NCBI RefSeq assembly: GCF_000219355.1 | Contig: NC_015722.1 | Span: 930,001 to 962,000, forward strand | Origin: Candidatus Midichloria mitochondrii IricVA | GTDB lineage: Bacteria > Pseudomonadota > Alphaproteobacteria > Rickettsiales > Midichloriaceae | Direction: 5' to 3' | DNA: 32,000 nt | Part shown: positions 18,806-28,423 of the stretch, one piece after another | Position numbering within the stretch: the first letter of the stretch is position 1 | Layout of the letters: every line of letters starts with the position of its first letter | Made by a program: the position numbers and the translations under genes | The notes under the pieces: model-generated | What the model saw: the letters and a program-made list of their open reading frames with translations, nothing else | Told to the model about the DNA's origin: nothing | The model's database searches: none

Positions 18806-18834
18806 TTGATATTTCTATACAAAAACTCTAGACT
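18806..18834 (+). promoter_or_regulatory. candidate sigma-70 promoter for tRNA-Ser
   Basis: TTGATA (18806-18811), a 17-nt spacer, then TAGACT (18829-18834), ending 22 nt upstream of the tRNA 5' end. This is a pattern match only. Confidence 0.25.
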
Positions 18835-18856
18835 CCCGGCGCCTGACAATAAAGTC

Positions 18857-18947
18857 GGAGAGATGGCCGAGTGGTCGAAGGCGCTCCCCTGCTAAGGGAG
18901 TATGCGGCAAAACTGTATCGAGGGTTCGAATCCCTCTCTCTCCGCCA
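18857..18947 (+). tRNA. tRNA-Ser (anticodon GCU), CCA encoded
   Basis: The sequence folds by hand. The acceptor stem is GGAGAGA/TCTCTCC and the D arm is GCC-GAGTGGTCGAA-GGC. The anticodon stem is CTCCC/GGGAG with loop CTGCTAA (anticodon GCT). The long variable arm is ATGCGG-CAAAA-CTGTAT and the T arm is GAGGG-TTCGAAT-CCCTC. The discriminator is G, followed by CCA. Confidence 0.95.
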
Positions 18948-19393
18948 GGTTTCGTTAGAATAAATTTTCTCACGTTTTTTTGCTCTGGCGTCAGCACCTT
19001 CCAAAACCCCAGTATTTATAAGCTTTCCAGCGTTTCTGCGTCGCCCCATACCCCGTACCTCACTTTCTATAATTTTGCCATTTTACCCCCAAAATCTCTA
19101 TTTTCATACCCTCCTTCCCCGATACATGCAGCACTCGGGTCGAAGGTATGTATACCATCAAAGCCTTGATTTACCTGGGTTTTCGGGGCTGAGTATTTTT
19201 TTAACCTGCATTTTTTACAGAACAAAAACTAAAGTGATGAATGGTATTCGAAATAGAGAAAACAAGGTAAGTCAAGAGGTAGAAAGCAGATTAAACTATC
19301 TTCCAAGAAGGAATATGTTATATGTGTAGATGTTATGCGTAGCTAAAACTATTTAACAGGAACCACAACTATTTATGATTTTGAGAGCACCAA

Positions 19394-20238
19394 ATGACGC
19401 TAACAAAACCCTGATCTCACAGACGAAGAAATCATTGCATGCTTACACGATGCCTGTGGATTAGATGTGAGAGCAATCTCCTTTTTTCCTCTGGGTGCTG
19501 ATTTCAATGCATCCGTCTGTCGCATTATAACAAGTAGCGGAGCAGACTATTTCCTCAAACTAAGGAGTGGCGAATTTTTGGAGGCTTCAGTGTTGATTCC
19601 AAGGTACTTGGCTGATTCAGGACTCAAACCAGTGCTCCCACCAATCGCAACCGGGACAGAACAACTTTGGACAAGCTTGGCATCTTTTATGGCAATTCTC
19701 TATTCTTATATGGATGGACGTAATGCTGTGGATGCGCCTTTTTGTCTCAGGGCAGCGGTGGATTGAGTTTGGTGATGCCGTGAAGAGGCTCCACAGCGCT
19801 GATATTCTTTCAACAATAACAAGGCGGTATACCACACAGGAAAACTTTCTCTCCTAAATGGCACCAAGCTGTCAAAGCATTCCTTGAGCACATCGAAAAT
19901 GATGTTTTTGAAGAGCCTATTATTGTAAAAACGTCAGAGTTCCTAAAATCCAAAAGCACAGAAGTTTGTTGAATATGCTGAAAAGCTTGCGCTCACGATC
20001 CAAAAACAACCACCTGAGTATGTGTTATGTCATGCAGATTATGGGCAAACAGAGATAAATCAGGACGCCATTTGCTACTACCGCTTAGAGCCACATCATC
20101 CAAGATATCTACTGTGAACACTTCTTTCTATCTGATGAAGACGCTGATGATCGGATGCAGTCATTTGAGTATCTGCGATCTAATTTCCGCACCAATGGCA
20201 CGATAGAATCCACATCACCACACTATTCAAATTATTAA
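19394..20238 (+). pseudogene. aminoglycoside/spectinomycin-type phosphotransferase (APH family, APH(9)-like) pseudogene
   Basis: The pieces are collinear with an APH fold. MTLTKP is followed by a frame break within 19402-19411. Next comes DLTDEEIIACLHDACGLDVRAISFFPLGADFNASVCRIITSSGADYFLKLRSGEF...IPRYLADSGLKPVLPPI, then a frame break near 19740-19766. Next comes LSQGQRWIEFGDAVKRLHSADI...FSPKWHQAVKAFLEHIENDVFEEP, with a stop near 19970. PPEYVLCHADY is joined directly to GQTEINQDAICYYRLE, so the catalytic loop and metal-binding segment are deleted. A further frame break precedes IIQDIYCEHFFLSDEDADDRMQSFEYLRSNFRTNGTIE and the stop at 20236. Confidence 0.8.
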
Positions 20239-20287
20239 ACACTCCAGAAGCAGCTTTTCGAGAAGTAGCCTATGCTCTTTGCTCATT

Positions 20288-20580
20288 ATAACCTCAGTTT
20301 GACGTGAGGAGTAGGGCCGCGAGCCCGTTTTTCCATGAGATATATTGGGTTTGAAGACATAAGCCAAGAGCCCTGAGAAAGAGGTCTGCCAAGAAATTGT
20401 TTGGCAAGCGATGCCGTGTTGTGCTGGATTTGGCAAATCTCTTTCAATTCTCCGATGGCTGTTTCAATCAATCCACGCCCTGCAAGAAGCAGTTGTTTAA
20501 AAGCCGCAAGCTGGTTTTGTTTTTCATGTTTTTCTTAAGCCGTGTGATGAGCTCAATACCTTGATTGCTCAGTGTTTTTG
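20288..20580 (-). mobile_element. IS982-family fragment B: 3' third of the transposase gene plus right terminal repeat, inverted relative to copy A
   Basis: The reverse strand reads LSNQGIELITRLKKNMKNK...LLLAGRGLIETAIGELKEICQIQH...FSGLLAYVFKPNISHGK and ends in ...gtcaaactgaggttat. By eye it is about nine-tenths identical to 20910-21192, with a 9-nt and a 2-nt indel. Confidence 0.8.
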
Positions 20581-21192
20581 TTAACCCCAGTTTGAGATAA
20601 GTTTTAAAGAAGCTGTATAACCATTAGGTTTTTCTCAATTTCACGATAAATAAGAAAAGTGGTTCCCCTAGTAGAAATATTTTGTTTGATTGATGATTTT
20701 GTCATAACTTACGTATTAGCCGTAATAAGGTCCTTAAAGGCGTCGCTCAGCGTGGGAAAACGTCGACCCGGATGGTTCTTTGGCCTCAATGATCAAGGAG
20801 AGATTATGTCATTCACACTGACTTCGGGTAATACAGATGATCGAGCCGTTGTCGAGAAACTGACTCAATATTTGACAGGCCTTCTATTCGGAGATCGGTG
20901 GTATATAAGCAAAAACACTGAGCAATCAAGGTATTGAGCTCATCACACGGCTTAAGAAAAACAAAACCCGCTTGCGGCTTTTAAACAACTGCTTCTTGCA
21001 GGGCGTGGATTGATTGAAACAGCCATCGGACAATTGAAAGAGATTTGCCAAATCCAGCGCCACGGCATCGCTCGCCAAACAATTTCTTGGCAGACCTCTT
21101 TCTCAGGGCTCTTGGCTTATGTCTTCAAACCCAATATATCTCATGGAAAAATAGGCTCACGGGCATACTCCTTAATGTCAAACTGAGGTTAT
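20581..21192 (+). mobile_element. IS982-family copy A: both termini present, transposase internally deleted and frameshifted
   Basis: The left end is TTAACCCCAGTTTGA (20581-) and the right end is TCAAACTGAGGTTAT (-21192), giving roughly 15-bp imperfect IRs. The coding remnants are VPLVEIFCLIDDF, WFFGLNDQGEIMSFTLTSGNTDDRAVVEKL, LFGDRWYISK, GIELITRLKKN, GLIETAIGQLKEICQIQ and FSGLLAYVFKPN. These match IS982 hallmarks (WFYGFKLHL, GDKGYISK, LITxxKKNMKN, LIETVxxxLKNxxQIEHxRHRS). At 612 bp it compares with about 1 kb expected for an intact element. Confidence 0.8.
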
Positions 21193-21285
21193 TTATCGTG
21201 AAATTGAGAAAAATTTAATGGTTACACAGCTTCTTTAAAACCATATCAGATAATTTCTTTAAAACTTACCTCAAACTGGGGTTAA
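21189..21285 (-). mobile_element. IS982-family fragment C: isolated left end (IRL plus 5' UTR), inverted, abutting the right end of copy A
   Basis: The reverse complement of 21189-21285 equals 20581-20653, apart from a 24-nt insertion that duplicates the 11-mer ttctttaaaac (21230-21240 and 21254-21264). It ends in ...caaactggggttaa. Confidence 0.8.
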
Positions 21286-21348
21286 GAGATGATCCGTTGC
21301 AAGGTTCGTTTGCTTTTTATACCATATCCCATTTTTAACTTATCCAAA
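21281..21348 (+). repeat. copy 2 of the dispersed repeat (38-nt core at 21281-21318)
   Basis: See copy 1 at 11408-11477; 33/38 identical in the core. Its first 5 nt overlap the terminal TTAA(C) of IS982 fragment C. Confidence 0.75.
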
Positions 21349-21568
21349 CGCTTAGTTTGGAACTCGGCCTTGTACATGCTTGTATACTGACGCAGCCTCG
21401 TTCTTCCTAAGCATTTGTCTAATTTAATCTGGAAGGAGGGGAGGCCTTGGCTTGCCTTGCAAACTTCGCTTGCTATAATAAGGAACGGAAGGCGTGAGCC
21501 CCCCTCACCGGGGCCATTGCAAACTCGCTTCATCTGTAGCTTGGTCCACATCTGCAACTATCAACTCT

Positions 21569-24500
21569 TCAGATATATACAATTTGCAAAGTCACTTTTC
21601 CATCTTCTAAATCGAACTCCTCTCCTGGACTAAAATCTTCTAAGTCTTTAGAAAATTTACCTAATGTTTGACTTTCTATATAATCTTGCCATTCATCTAG
21701 AGCGGTAGCAATAAGCTCATCTTTAGTAGTTAAAGATATTTTAATTCTATCCGTGATAGAGAAATTCTTATCTTTCCTTGCTTGCTGTATAATTCTCACT
21801 ATATCTCTTGCTATACCTTCTCTTTTTAATGAGTCGGTAATCTCAGTATCAAGAACGATTAAAGCATCATTTGTAGTTAAGGAACTAGCCACATTTTTAT
21901 ATTCAGGTTTTGGCTCTAAGGTAATAGAAAACTCCTCTGGTAATAACTCTATACCATCCAAAATCGCTTTATTATCTTGTATATGCCAATTATCTGCTTT
22001 TGAGGCTGCAATCAATTGTTTCACATATGTTGGAATCCTTTTCCCAATAATTTGTAGATTTAGTTTTATTTTAAGATTAGCGTACTTAGTTATTTCAGAT
22101 TTTGGTAAGCTTTCCCATGATTTTACGTTAATTTCATCTAAAATTAGCTTGCTCATATCATCGCTCAAGTCTTCTGCAACCCCGATGAAAGTGACCTTTG
22201 CTAAAGGCTGTCTAACTCTAATTCCAAGATCATTACGTAGATATAGTACCGCATTGCAAGCGTCCATTACCCGATCCATACTCTCGATTAAATCCTCCTT
22301 AATTAAGGAAATATCAACTTCAGGGTATTTTTCCAAGTGTATACTAGTATCCTCTGAAACATTAGCGTTATACAATCTTAAGAAAATAGATTCTGTAGTA
22401 AGCGGCAGTAATGGAGCGATAGCATTAGATATCAAAACTAGGGCACTAAATAAAGTGTTATATGCTGCCAGCTTATCCTCGCCTATCTCAGATTTCCAAA
22501 AACGCTCCCGCGACCTTCTTATATACCAATTAGTTAAAATTTCGAAAAAACTTTCAGAAGCCTTAGTTGCAGTCACTGTATCATATGAATCCATTGCTTT
22601 TTTAACAATATTAATTGTTTTTAAGCATTTAGATATTATGTATTGATCCATGAAGTTTTTCGATGAGAGATCGAAGCAAGCTTCTATTCGATCAGCGTTA
22701 GCATACATTGAAAAGAAATTATATGAATTTAGAATTGGTTTAATGACCAACCTAAATACTTCTTTTATCACTTTTGCCTCTTTATCTATAGCTAGCTCGC
22801 TTCCGCGCATAACTCCAGATGAAAGCATAAACCATCTTAATGGATCTGCCCCAATAGTTTCAAAAACTTCATTAGGGTCAGCATAGTTTTTTAAACGTTT
22901 GGATAATTTCTGTCCTCCCTCACCTAATATAACTCCGTGGCAAATGCAATTTAGAAAAGGAGGTTTGTCAAAAAGTGCGGTAGATAGAACCATCAACGTA
23001 TAAAACCAACCTCTAGTTTGGGCCGCATATTCAACTATAAAATCTGCAGGAAAATTATTCTCAAATTTCTCTTTATTTTCAAAAGGATAATGTTGCTGTG
23101 CATGGGGCATTGAACCACTTTCAAACCAGCAATCCAACACATCTGCTACTCGTCTTAGTGTAGATTTTCCAGTAGGATCTTTTGGATTTTTCTTTGTTAA
23201 GGTATCTATAAAGGGCCTATGCAAATCTTCAATTTTAACATTAAAAGCCTCTTCAAGTTCTCCGATTGAGCCATAAACTTCTATATATGGATATTCAGGA
23301 TCATCGCTTCGCCATACAGGAATAGGACAGCCCCAGTATCTATTGCGGGAAATCAACCAATCTCTTGCATTCTCTAGCCACTTTCCGAATAACCCATCTT
23401 TAATATGGCTAGGGATCCAATTGATCTGTTGATTATTTTTAAGCATCTGTTCTCTGATTTCAGTAACCCTAATATACCAAGAGGGGATTGCTTTATATAT
23501 CAAAGGGGTATCAGTACGCCAGCAATGCGGGTAATTATGGATATACTGCTCCGTCTTTAACCATAAATTTTGTCTTTTTAAGTAAATAATAATATCATCA
23601 TTTGCTTCAAAAACTTGTTTACCTATATAATCTGTAACCGGAAAAACAAATTTACCAGCGTTATCAACAGGACATACTATCTCTATTGCATGCTGTTGGC
23701 ATAAATTAAAGTCATCCTCACCAAAACCAGGGGCTACGTGTACCATGCCCGTACCATCTTCTGTGGTCACAAAATCACCATGTAGTATTACAAAGGCGTT
23801 TTTGTGGTCAGCGAAATAGTTGAATATAGGATGATAGGTTTTATTTAATAAATCGCTGCCTTTAACAGGTTTTACTATATTTTCTCCGATTTCGTTTTTG
23901 TATTTATGTAATAAAGCCGAAGCAATAATATAAATTTTATCATCTTTAAGAATTGCTGAATACTCTATATCTTTATTAACGGCAATTGCAAGATTTGAAG
24001 GTAAGGTCCACGGTGTTGTGGTCCAAATTAAGCAGTAAGTAGGTAAATTCGGTAAATCCTGTATTTTATCCTTCAGTTTCACTGCAACTGTGACTGCTTT
24101 ACTTTGCTTTTCTCTATAAGCGTTATCTATTCTAGTTTCGAAATCTGAAACAGGAGTTTGGCAGGCCCAAGAATAAGGCATAACTCTCATTGACTCATAA
24201 ATTAGCCCTTTCTTGTAGAGCTCCTTAAAGGCCCAAATAACGCTTTCCATGTAATTTTTATCCATGGTCTTGTAGTCATTAGTAAAGTCAACCCATCTTG
24301 CTTGCCTGTTGACATAGTGCTGCCATTCTTTAGTGTGCTTTAGAACAGAAGTTCGGCAATATTCATTAAAATTGCCAATACCAAAATTCTCTATTTCATT
24401 TTTTCCAGAAACTCCAAGCTCTTTCTCTGCCGCCATTTCTGCAGGTAATCCATGACAATCCCAGCCAAACCGACGTTCTACTCTCTGACCTAGCATTGTA

Positions 24501-24721
24501 TGGTAGCGAGCAAAGGTATCCTTAATAAAGCCAGTCAGAAGATGGCCATAATGTGGGAGCCCATTTGCAAAGGGCGGTCCATCATAGAAAATATAATCCG
24601 TATCCCCTTTGATCGACTTTGCAAATATTTTAAGCGACTGCCACCTACTGATTATTTCTTCTTCAGCTTGTGCTAAAGAGTTACCCACTTCTAGGTGCGG
24701 ATATATTTTTTCTAGTTTCAT
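21569..24721 (-). CDS. ileS: isoleucyl-tRNA synthetase, type 2 (eukaryote-like)
   Basis: 1050 aa. The HIGH region is GPPFANGLPHYGHLLTG and the KMSKS loop is GQKLSKRLKNYADP. Both are the type 2/eukaryote-like variants rather than the type 1 bacterial PYANGxIHxGH / KMSKS. Confidence 0.97.
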   Translation of the reverse strand: MKLEKIYPHLEVGNSLAQAEEEIISRWQSLKIFAKSIKGDTDYIFYDGPPFANGLPHYGHLLTGFIKDTFARYHTMLGQRVERRFGWDCHGLPAEMAAEKELGVSGKNEIENFGIGNFNEYCRTSVLKHTKEWQHYVNRQARWVDFTNDYKTMDKNYMESVIWAFKELYKKGLIYESMRVMPYSWACQTPVSDFETRIDNAYREKQSKAVTVAVKLKDKIQDLPNLPTYCLIWTTTPWTLPSNLAIAVNKDIEYSAILKDDKIYIIASALLHKYKNEIGENIVKPVKGSDLLNKTYHPIFNYFADHKNAFVILHGDFVTTEDGTGMVHVAPGFGEDDFNLCQQHAIEIVCPVDNAGKFVFPVTDYIGKQVFEANDDIIIYLKRQNLWLKTEQYIHNYPHCWRTDTPLIYKAIPSWYIRVTEIREQMLKNNQQINWIPSHIKDGLFGKWLENARDWLISRNRYWGCPIPVWRSDDPEYPYIEVYGSIGELEEAFNVKIEDLHRPFIDTLTKKNPKDPTGKSTLRRVADVLDCWFESGSMPHAQQHYPFENKEKFENNFPADFIVEYAAQTRGWFYTLMVLSTALFDKPPFLNCICHGVILGEGGQKLSKRLKNYADPNEVFETIGADPLRWFMLSSGVMRGSELAIDKEAKVIKEVFRLVIKPILNSYNFFSMYANADRIEACFDLSSKNFMDQYIISKCLKTINIVKKAMDSYDTVTATKASESFFEILTNWYIRRSRERFWKSEIGEDKLAAYNTLFSALVLISNAIAPLLPLTTESIFLRLYNANVSEDTSIHLEKYPEVDISLIKEDLIESMDRVMDACNAVLYLRNDLGIRVRQPLAKVTFIGVAEDLSDDMSKLILDEINVKSWESLPKSEITKYANLKIKLNLQIIGKRIPTYVKQLIAASKADNWHIQDNKAILDGIELLPEEFSITLEPKPEYKNVASSLTTNDALIVLDTEITDSLKREGIARDIVRIIQQARKDKNFSITDRIKISLTTKDELIATALDEWQDYIESQTLGKFSKDLEDFSPGEEFDLEDGKVTLQIVYI

Positions 24722-24736
24722 AGTATAATCTTATAT

Positions 24737-26626
24737 TTATGCAAAACCTTTAAGCTTTTTAGCTCTATTAGGCCTGCGAAGTTTGCGTAAAGCTTTTGCT
24801 TCAATTTGCCTAATTCTTTCTCTGGTAACCGAAAATTGTTGTCCAACTTCTTCAAGAGTGTGATCAGTATTTACCCCTATACCAAACCTCATTCGTAAAA
24901 CTCTTTCCTCTCTTGGCGTAAGAGAGGCAAGAACCCTAGTGGTTACTTCTCTTAAATTGGATCGTACCGCAGAGTCAATTGGCTGTAAGGCATTTTTATC
25001 TTCGATAAAGTCCCCAAGAACACTTCCTTCATCGCCTTCAGCTCCAACAGGATTTTCTAGGCTCATTGGTTCTTTAGCAATTTTTAAAACTTTCCTTACC
25101 TTCTCAACTGGCATTCCAAGTTTTTTTGAGATCTCATCAGGAGTTGGCTCTCTACCTATATCATGCATAATTTGTCTTGAGGTGCGAAGAATCTTATTAA
25201 TCGTTTCTATCATATGGACAGGAATTCGGATGGTTCTTGCTTGATCTGCAATAGAGCGAGTGATGGCTTGTCTTATCCACCATGTAGCATAAGTTGAAAA
25301 TTTGTAACCTCTTCTATATTCAAACTTATCTACTGCCTTCATTAAGCCAATATTACCCTCTTGGATTAAATCTAGAAATTGTAATCCACGATTAGCATAT
25401 TTTTTAGCAATCGATATGACTAATCTTAAATTAGCTTCTATCATCTCTTTTTTAGCTCGGGTTACCATCCTTTCAGATTTTTGCACTTCCACTACTAATT
25501 CTTTAAAGCTTTCTATGTCAATACCTAGGTTAGTTGCAACTTGACGCAATTGTTGACGAAGTTCTTCTACCTTTCCATTCTCAATGAACTTGCTATATTT
25601 AGGATTTTGAGAGATCTTTTCAATCCAATTTGGATTTAACTCATTTCCTAAATAATCTTTCAAAAATATATTCCTATCAATTCCACATTCCATTGCAAGT
25701 TTTAGGAAATTCATCTCAAGTTTAATAAGATTTTTGTTGGCTTCGTATAATTCTTCTAAAAGCTTTTCTATGTTGCTTTCATTCAATTTCAATTCCAACA
25801 TCACATCTGAAAGCTGCGAGATTAGATTTTCATAATTATCTTGCTGTGCTCTGTCTGGCTTTGCCCCTTTTAGAGCTAATGCAAGTTTTTCTTGCTGCAG
25901 CTTCAATATCTCTTCTCCAAGTTCGAAAGCTTTACTTAAGGACTCTATAACTTTAGGCCTTAATTCGCTTTCCATTCTTAAGATAGAAGCATTTTCGAAG
26001 CCGTCTTCTTCCGCTTCTTCAGCTCCCTCTTCATTTGTATCGAATTTCTCATTTTCTTCGGTTTCAGTACTGGAAAAATCATGTTTTTGGAATTCTCCAG
26101 AATATCTAGCATCCAAGTCTATGATGTTTCTTAAGCTAATTACATCATGGGTTAAATCCTCGTACCATTTTATAATAGAGCGCACTGCCAAAGGACTATG
26201 GCAAAGATAAGCAATTCTTTTTCTGCGGCCTTCTTCAATATTTTTTGCAACCTCGACTTCTTTTTCCCGAGTGAGAAGCATCTGCCCGCCCATTTCTTTC
26301 AAGTAGAATCTGACAGGGTCATCGCTCCTTGGAGCAGCATCCTCGTTTTCCTCAGATTCTGAAGTTAGGTCCGAATCAGACTCTGATTTATTACCAAATA
26401 AATCTAATTCCATATCATCTTCTTCACTATGTTTTGAGCCTCCAATAGATATACCATCAATTGGATCTAGTACGGTATCACCCTCAGTATCTTGTGCATT
26501 TGATAAAGCTTTAAGCTCGTCATCTGTAATTATTGGGCCATCTTTAACTTTCTTTAAAGGATCCTTCAATAATGCTTCTTCGTTATTTGTTACAGGAGGA
26601 GTATCTTTTTTCTTTGCTGTTGACAT
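24737..26626 (-). CDS. rpoD: RNA polymerase primary sigma factor sigma-70
   Basis: 629 aa. It has an acidic region 1.1 and spacer, region 2 [37 protein letters not shown], and region 4 [28 protein letters not shown]. Confidence 0.97.
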   Translation of the reverse strand: MSTAKKKDTPPVTNNEEALLKDPLKKVKDGPIITDDELKALSNAQDTEGDTVLDPIDGISIGGSKHSEEDDMELDLFGNKSESDSDLTSESEENEDAAPRSDDPVRFYLKEMGGQMLLTREKEVEVAKNIEEGRRKRIAYLCHSPLAVRSIIKWYEDLTHDVISLRNIIDLDARYSGEFQKHDFSSTETEENEKFDTNEEGAEEAEEDGFENASILRMESELRPKVIESLSKAFELGEEILKLQQEKLALALKGAKPDRAQQDNYENLISQLSDVMLELKLNESNIEKLLEELYEANKNLIKLEMNFLKLAMECGIDRNIFLKDYLGNELNPNWIEKISQNPKYSKFIENGKVEELRQQLRQVATNLGIDIESFKELVVEVQKSERMVTRAKKEMIEANLRLVISIAKKYANRGLQFLDLIQEGNIGLMKAVDKFEYRRGYKFSTYATWWIRQAITRSIADQARTIRIPVHMIETINKILRTSRQIMHDIGREPTPDEISKKLGMPVEKVRKVLKIAKEPMSLENPVGAEGDEGSVLGDFIEDKNALQPIDSAVRSNLREVTTRVLASLTPREERVLRMRFGIGVNTDHTLEEVGQQFSVTRERIRQIEAKALRKLRRPNRAKKLKGFA

Positions 26627-26646
26627 ATATATATTTTGCTCTGTTT

Positions 26647-28386
26647 TTAGATTATATTTAATTGTTTCTTCAATTTTGATTCATGGTCTTTTAGCGCCAT
26701 AAGTCTTGAAAATACATGTTCTGAACCATCTATAATCAGATCTTTTTCGGTTTTTTTTATCTGCTGCTGGACAACATATAGCGAATGCAACTCTAACGCA
26801 CGCATTAAAATTTGTTTGTGAGAGAACGACTTGGCCTGCGGCTCGACAATGTTTGCAGCTACATTTAACTCTTCTATTAAATCATGTATTCCAAGATCGA
26901 TTTTTTCCCTATTAGGATTCAGTAGAAACTCTCTAATTTTATCTAATTTTTGATCTGAAATGTCAAGTCTTATCACGGCCTCACTTATTTCGTCATCATT
27001 TAAAAATTCAGGATTGCGCAATAAGATATAAAATGCTGTTACAATATGAAAATTTTCATGGCTGAATTTATTATCAAATATAATGTTTTTGAAACTGGTA
27101 ATATTTCTATCACGTTGTACATTTTGTTTTACAAAATCGTTGAAGGAATTCAACCTAAACAACTCATTTTTAAAGTAATTACGGTATGTATTTTGTAGGT
27201 TACGATCTCTTATCTGTCTAGTTATATTGTCTAGCTCATTTTTTAATAGTGCCTTTTCTTCAGGTAGATTATAACCAGTTTTGTTTTTAAAAAATTTAAA
27301 AATAAATTCTGATAGATTAATGGGTTTTTCAATACATCTAAGTACTGCATTTTTTCCCTTGTTTTTTATTACCTCATCAGGGTCTTTGCCTCCTAGTAAT
27401 TCAACAAATTGCAATCCCTTAACTGGGTTAATCAGAGGTAAAGCTTCCATCGCCATTTTATGAGCAGCTTTAGATCCAGCTTCATCAGCGTCCATACATA
27501 TAACAGGAGTATCTACTAATTTCCAGAGGTCCTTAATTTGCTCAATCTTTAAGCTTGTGCCAAGGGGTGCAACTGCATTTTCTGTTCCAATTTCAGAAAG
27601 CGCTAGCACATCCATATAGCCTTCGACTACTAGAACTTTCTGCGCCCGGTACATAGAGCTTTGAGCAAAGTTTAGGCTGTATAAAATCTTACCCTTTTCA
27701 AAAAGTGGATTTTCAGCAGAGTTAAGGTATTTAGGTTGGCCTTCATCTAAAATTCTTCCACCAAATGCTATTACTTTCCCAGATTTCTCCATGATCGGGA
27801 AAATTAGTCTTCCTCTCATTGGATCGACTATTTTTTCATCTTCTTTAATAGAGAGAATATGTGATTTTTTTATATCATCTATATCAAATTCTTTCTTCAA
27901 TTCATCGATCAACGAGTGTCTATCAAATGAGGCGAATCCCAGTCGATATTTTTTAATGGTCGCTTCACTTATACCTCTAGCCCTAATATAAACTAGAGCC
28001 GGCTGCCCTTGTTTTTCATATAAATTTTTTTGATAAATTTTAGTAATAGTTTCTAAGATTTCATAAAATCTCTTGTGGCTATCATGTCGTTCTCTGTTGT
28101 AGGCTGGTAGCTCGACCCCTGCTAAGCTTGCTAGCGTTTCTAAAGCGGTCTTATAATCATAACCTTCGTATTCAATCAGAAATGTAAAGATATCACCATG
28201 TGCGCCGCAGCCAAAACAATGATAAAATCCTTTAGTATCGCTCACAGTAAAAGATGGGGTCTTTTCATGGTGAAACGGACAAAGACCAATAAATTCTCCA
28301 GCTCCGCGGCCTCTTAAGGTTACTTTCTGCCCTATAATTCTTGAAGCTGGTATTCTAGATCTAATTTGTTCTATATGAAGGGACAT
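26647..28386 (-). CDS. dnaG: DNA primase
   Basis: 579 aa. The zinc ribbon is [30 protein letters not shown] and the TOPRIM domain is [13 protein letters not shown]...MDADEAG. It sits immediately upstream of rpoD. Confidence 0.95.
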   Translation of the reverse strand: MSLHIEQIRSRIPASRIIGQKVTLRGRGAGEFIGLCPFHHEKTPSFTVSDTKGFYHCFGCGAHGDIFTFLIEYEGYDYKTALETLASLAGVELPAYNRERHDSHKRFYEILETITKIYQKNLYEKQGQPALVYIRARGISEATIKKYRLGFASFDRHSLIDELKKEFDIDDIKKSHILSIKEDEKIVDPMRGRLIFPIMEKSGKVIAFGGRILDEGQPKYLNSAENPLFEKGKILYSLNFAQSSMYRAQKVLVVEGYMDVLALSEIGTENAVAPLGTSLKIEQIKDLWKLVDTPVICMDADEAGSKAAHKMAMEALPLINPVKGLQFVELLGGKDPDEVIKNKGKNAVLRCIEKPINLSEFIFKFFKNKTGYNLPEEKALLKNELDNITRQIRDRNLQNTYRNYFKNELFRLNSFNDFVKQNVQRDRNITSFKNIIFDNKFSHENFHIVTAFYILLRNPEFLNDDEISEAVIRLDISDQKLDKIREFLLNPNREKIDLGIHDLIEELNVAANIVEPQAKSFSHKQILMRALELHSLYVVQQQIKKTEKDLIIDGSEHVFSRLMALKDHESKLKKQLNII

Positions 28387-28423
28387 ACTGCCTAGACTTT
28401 CTTAAATGATGGATCAAGCAAAT

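Noticed and set aside
18815-19049. 60-aa and 73-aa minus-strand ORFs
   Set aside because: They overlap the tRNA-Ser gene on the opposite strand. Their open frames are a by-product of the GC-rich tRNA sequence.
19075-19329. 84-aa + strand ORF downstream of tRNA-Ser
   Set aside because: I see no family resemblance and no SD. It lies in unassignable, probably decayed sequence. I also looked there for integrase remnants on both strands and found none.
20227-20937. Track ORFs 20227-20436, 20286-20471 and 20659-20937 as independent genes
   Set aside because: They are frameshifted fragments of IS982-family transposase genes and are reported as mobile-element pieces instead.
18920-21568. Direct repeat of the tRNA-Ser 3' end (att-type island boundary)
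   Set aside because: I scanned the tract for gggttcgaatccctctctctccgcca or substantial parts of it and found none, so no island boundary can be claimed.
21753-22646. 297-aa ORF (plus a 78-aa ORF at 22650-22886) on the + strand inside ileS
   Set aside because: It lies entirely antisense to a strongly supported 1050-aa IleRS gene. Its composition is Ser/Leu/Ile-rich, typical of shadow frames of AT-rich genes, and I see no recognisable motif or start context.
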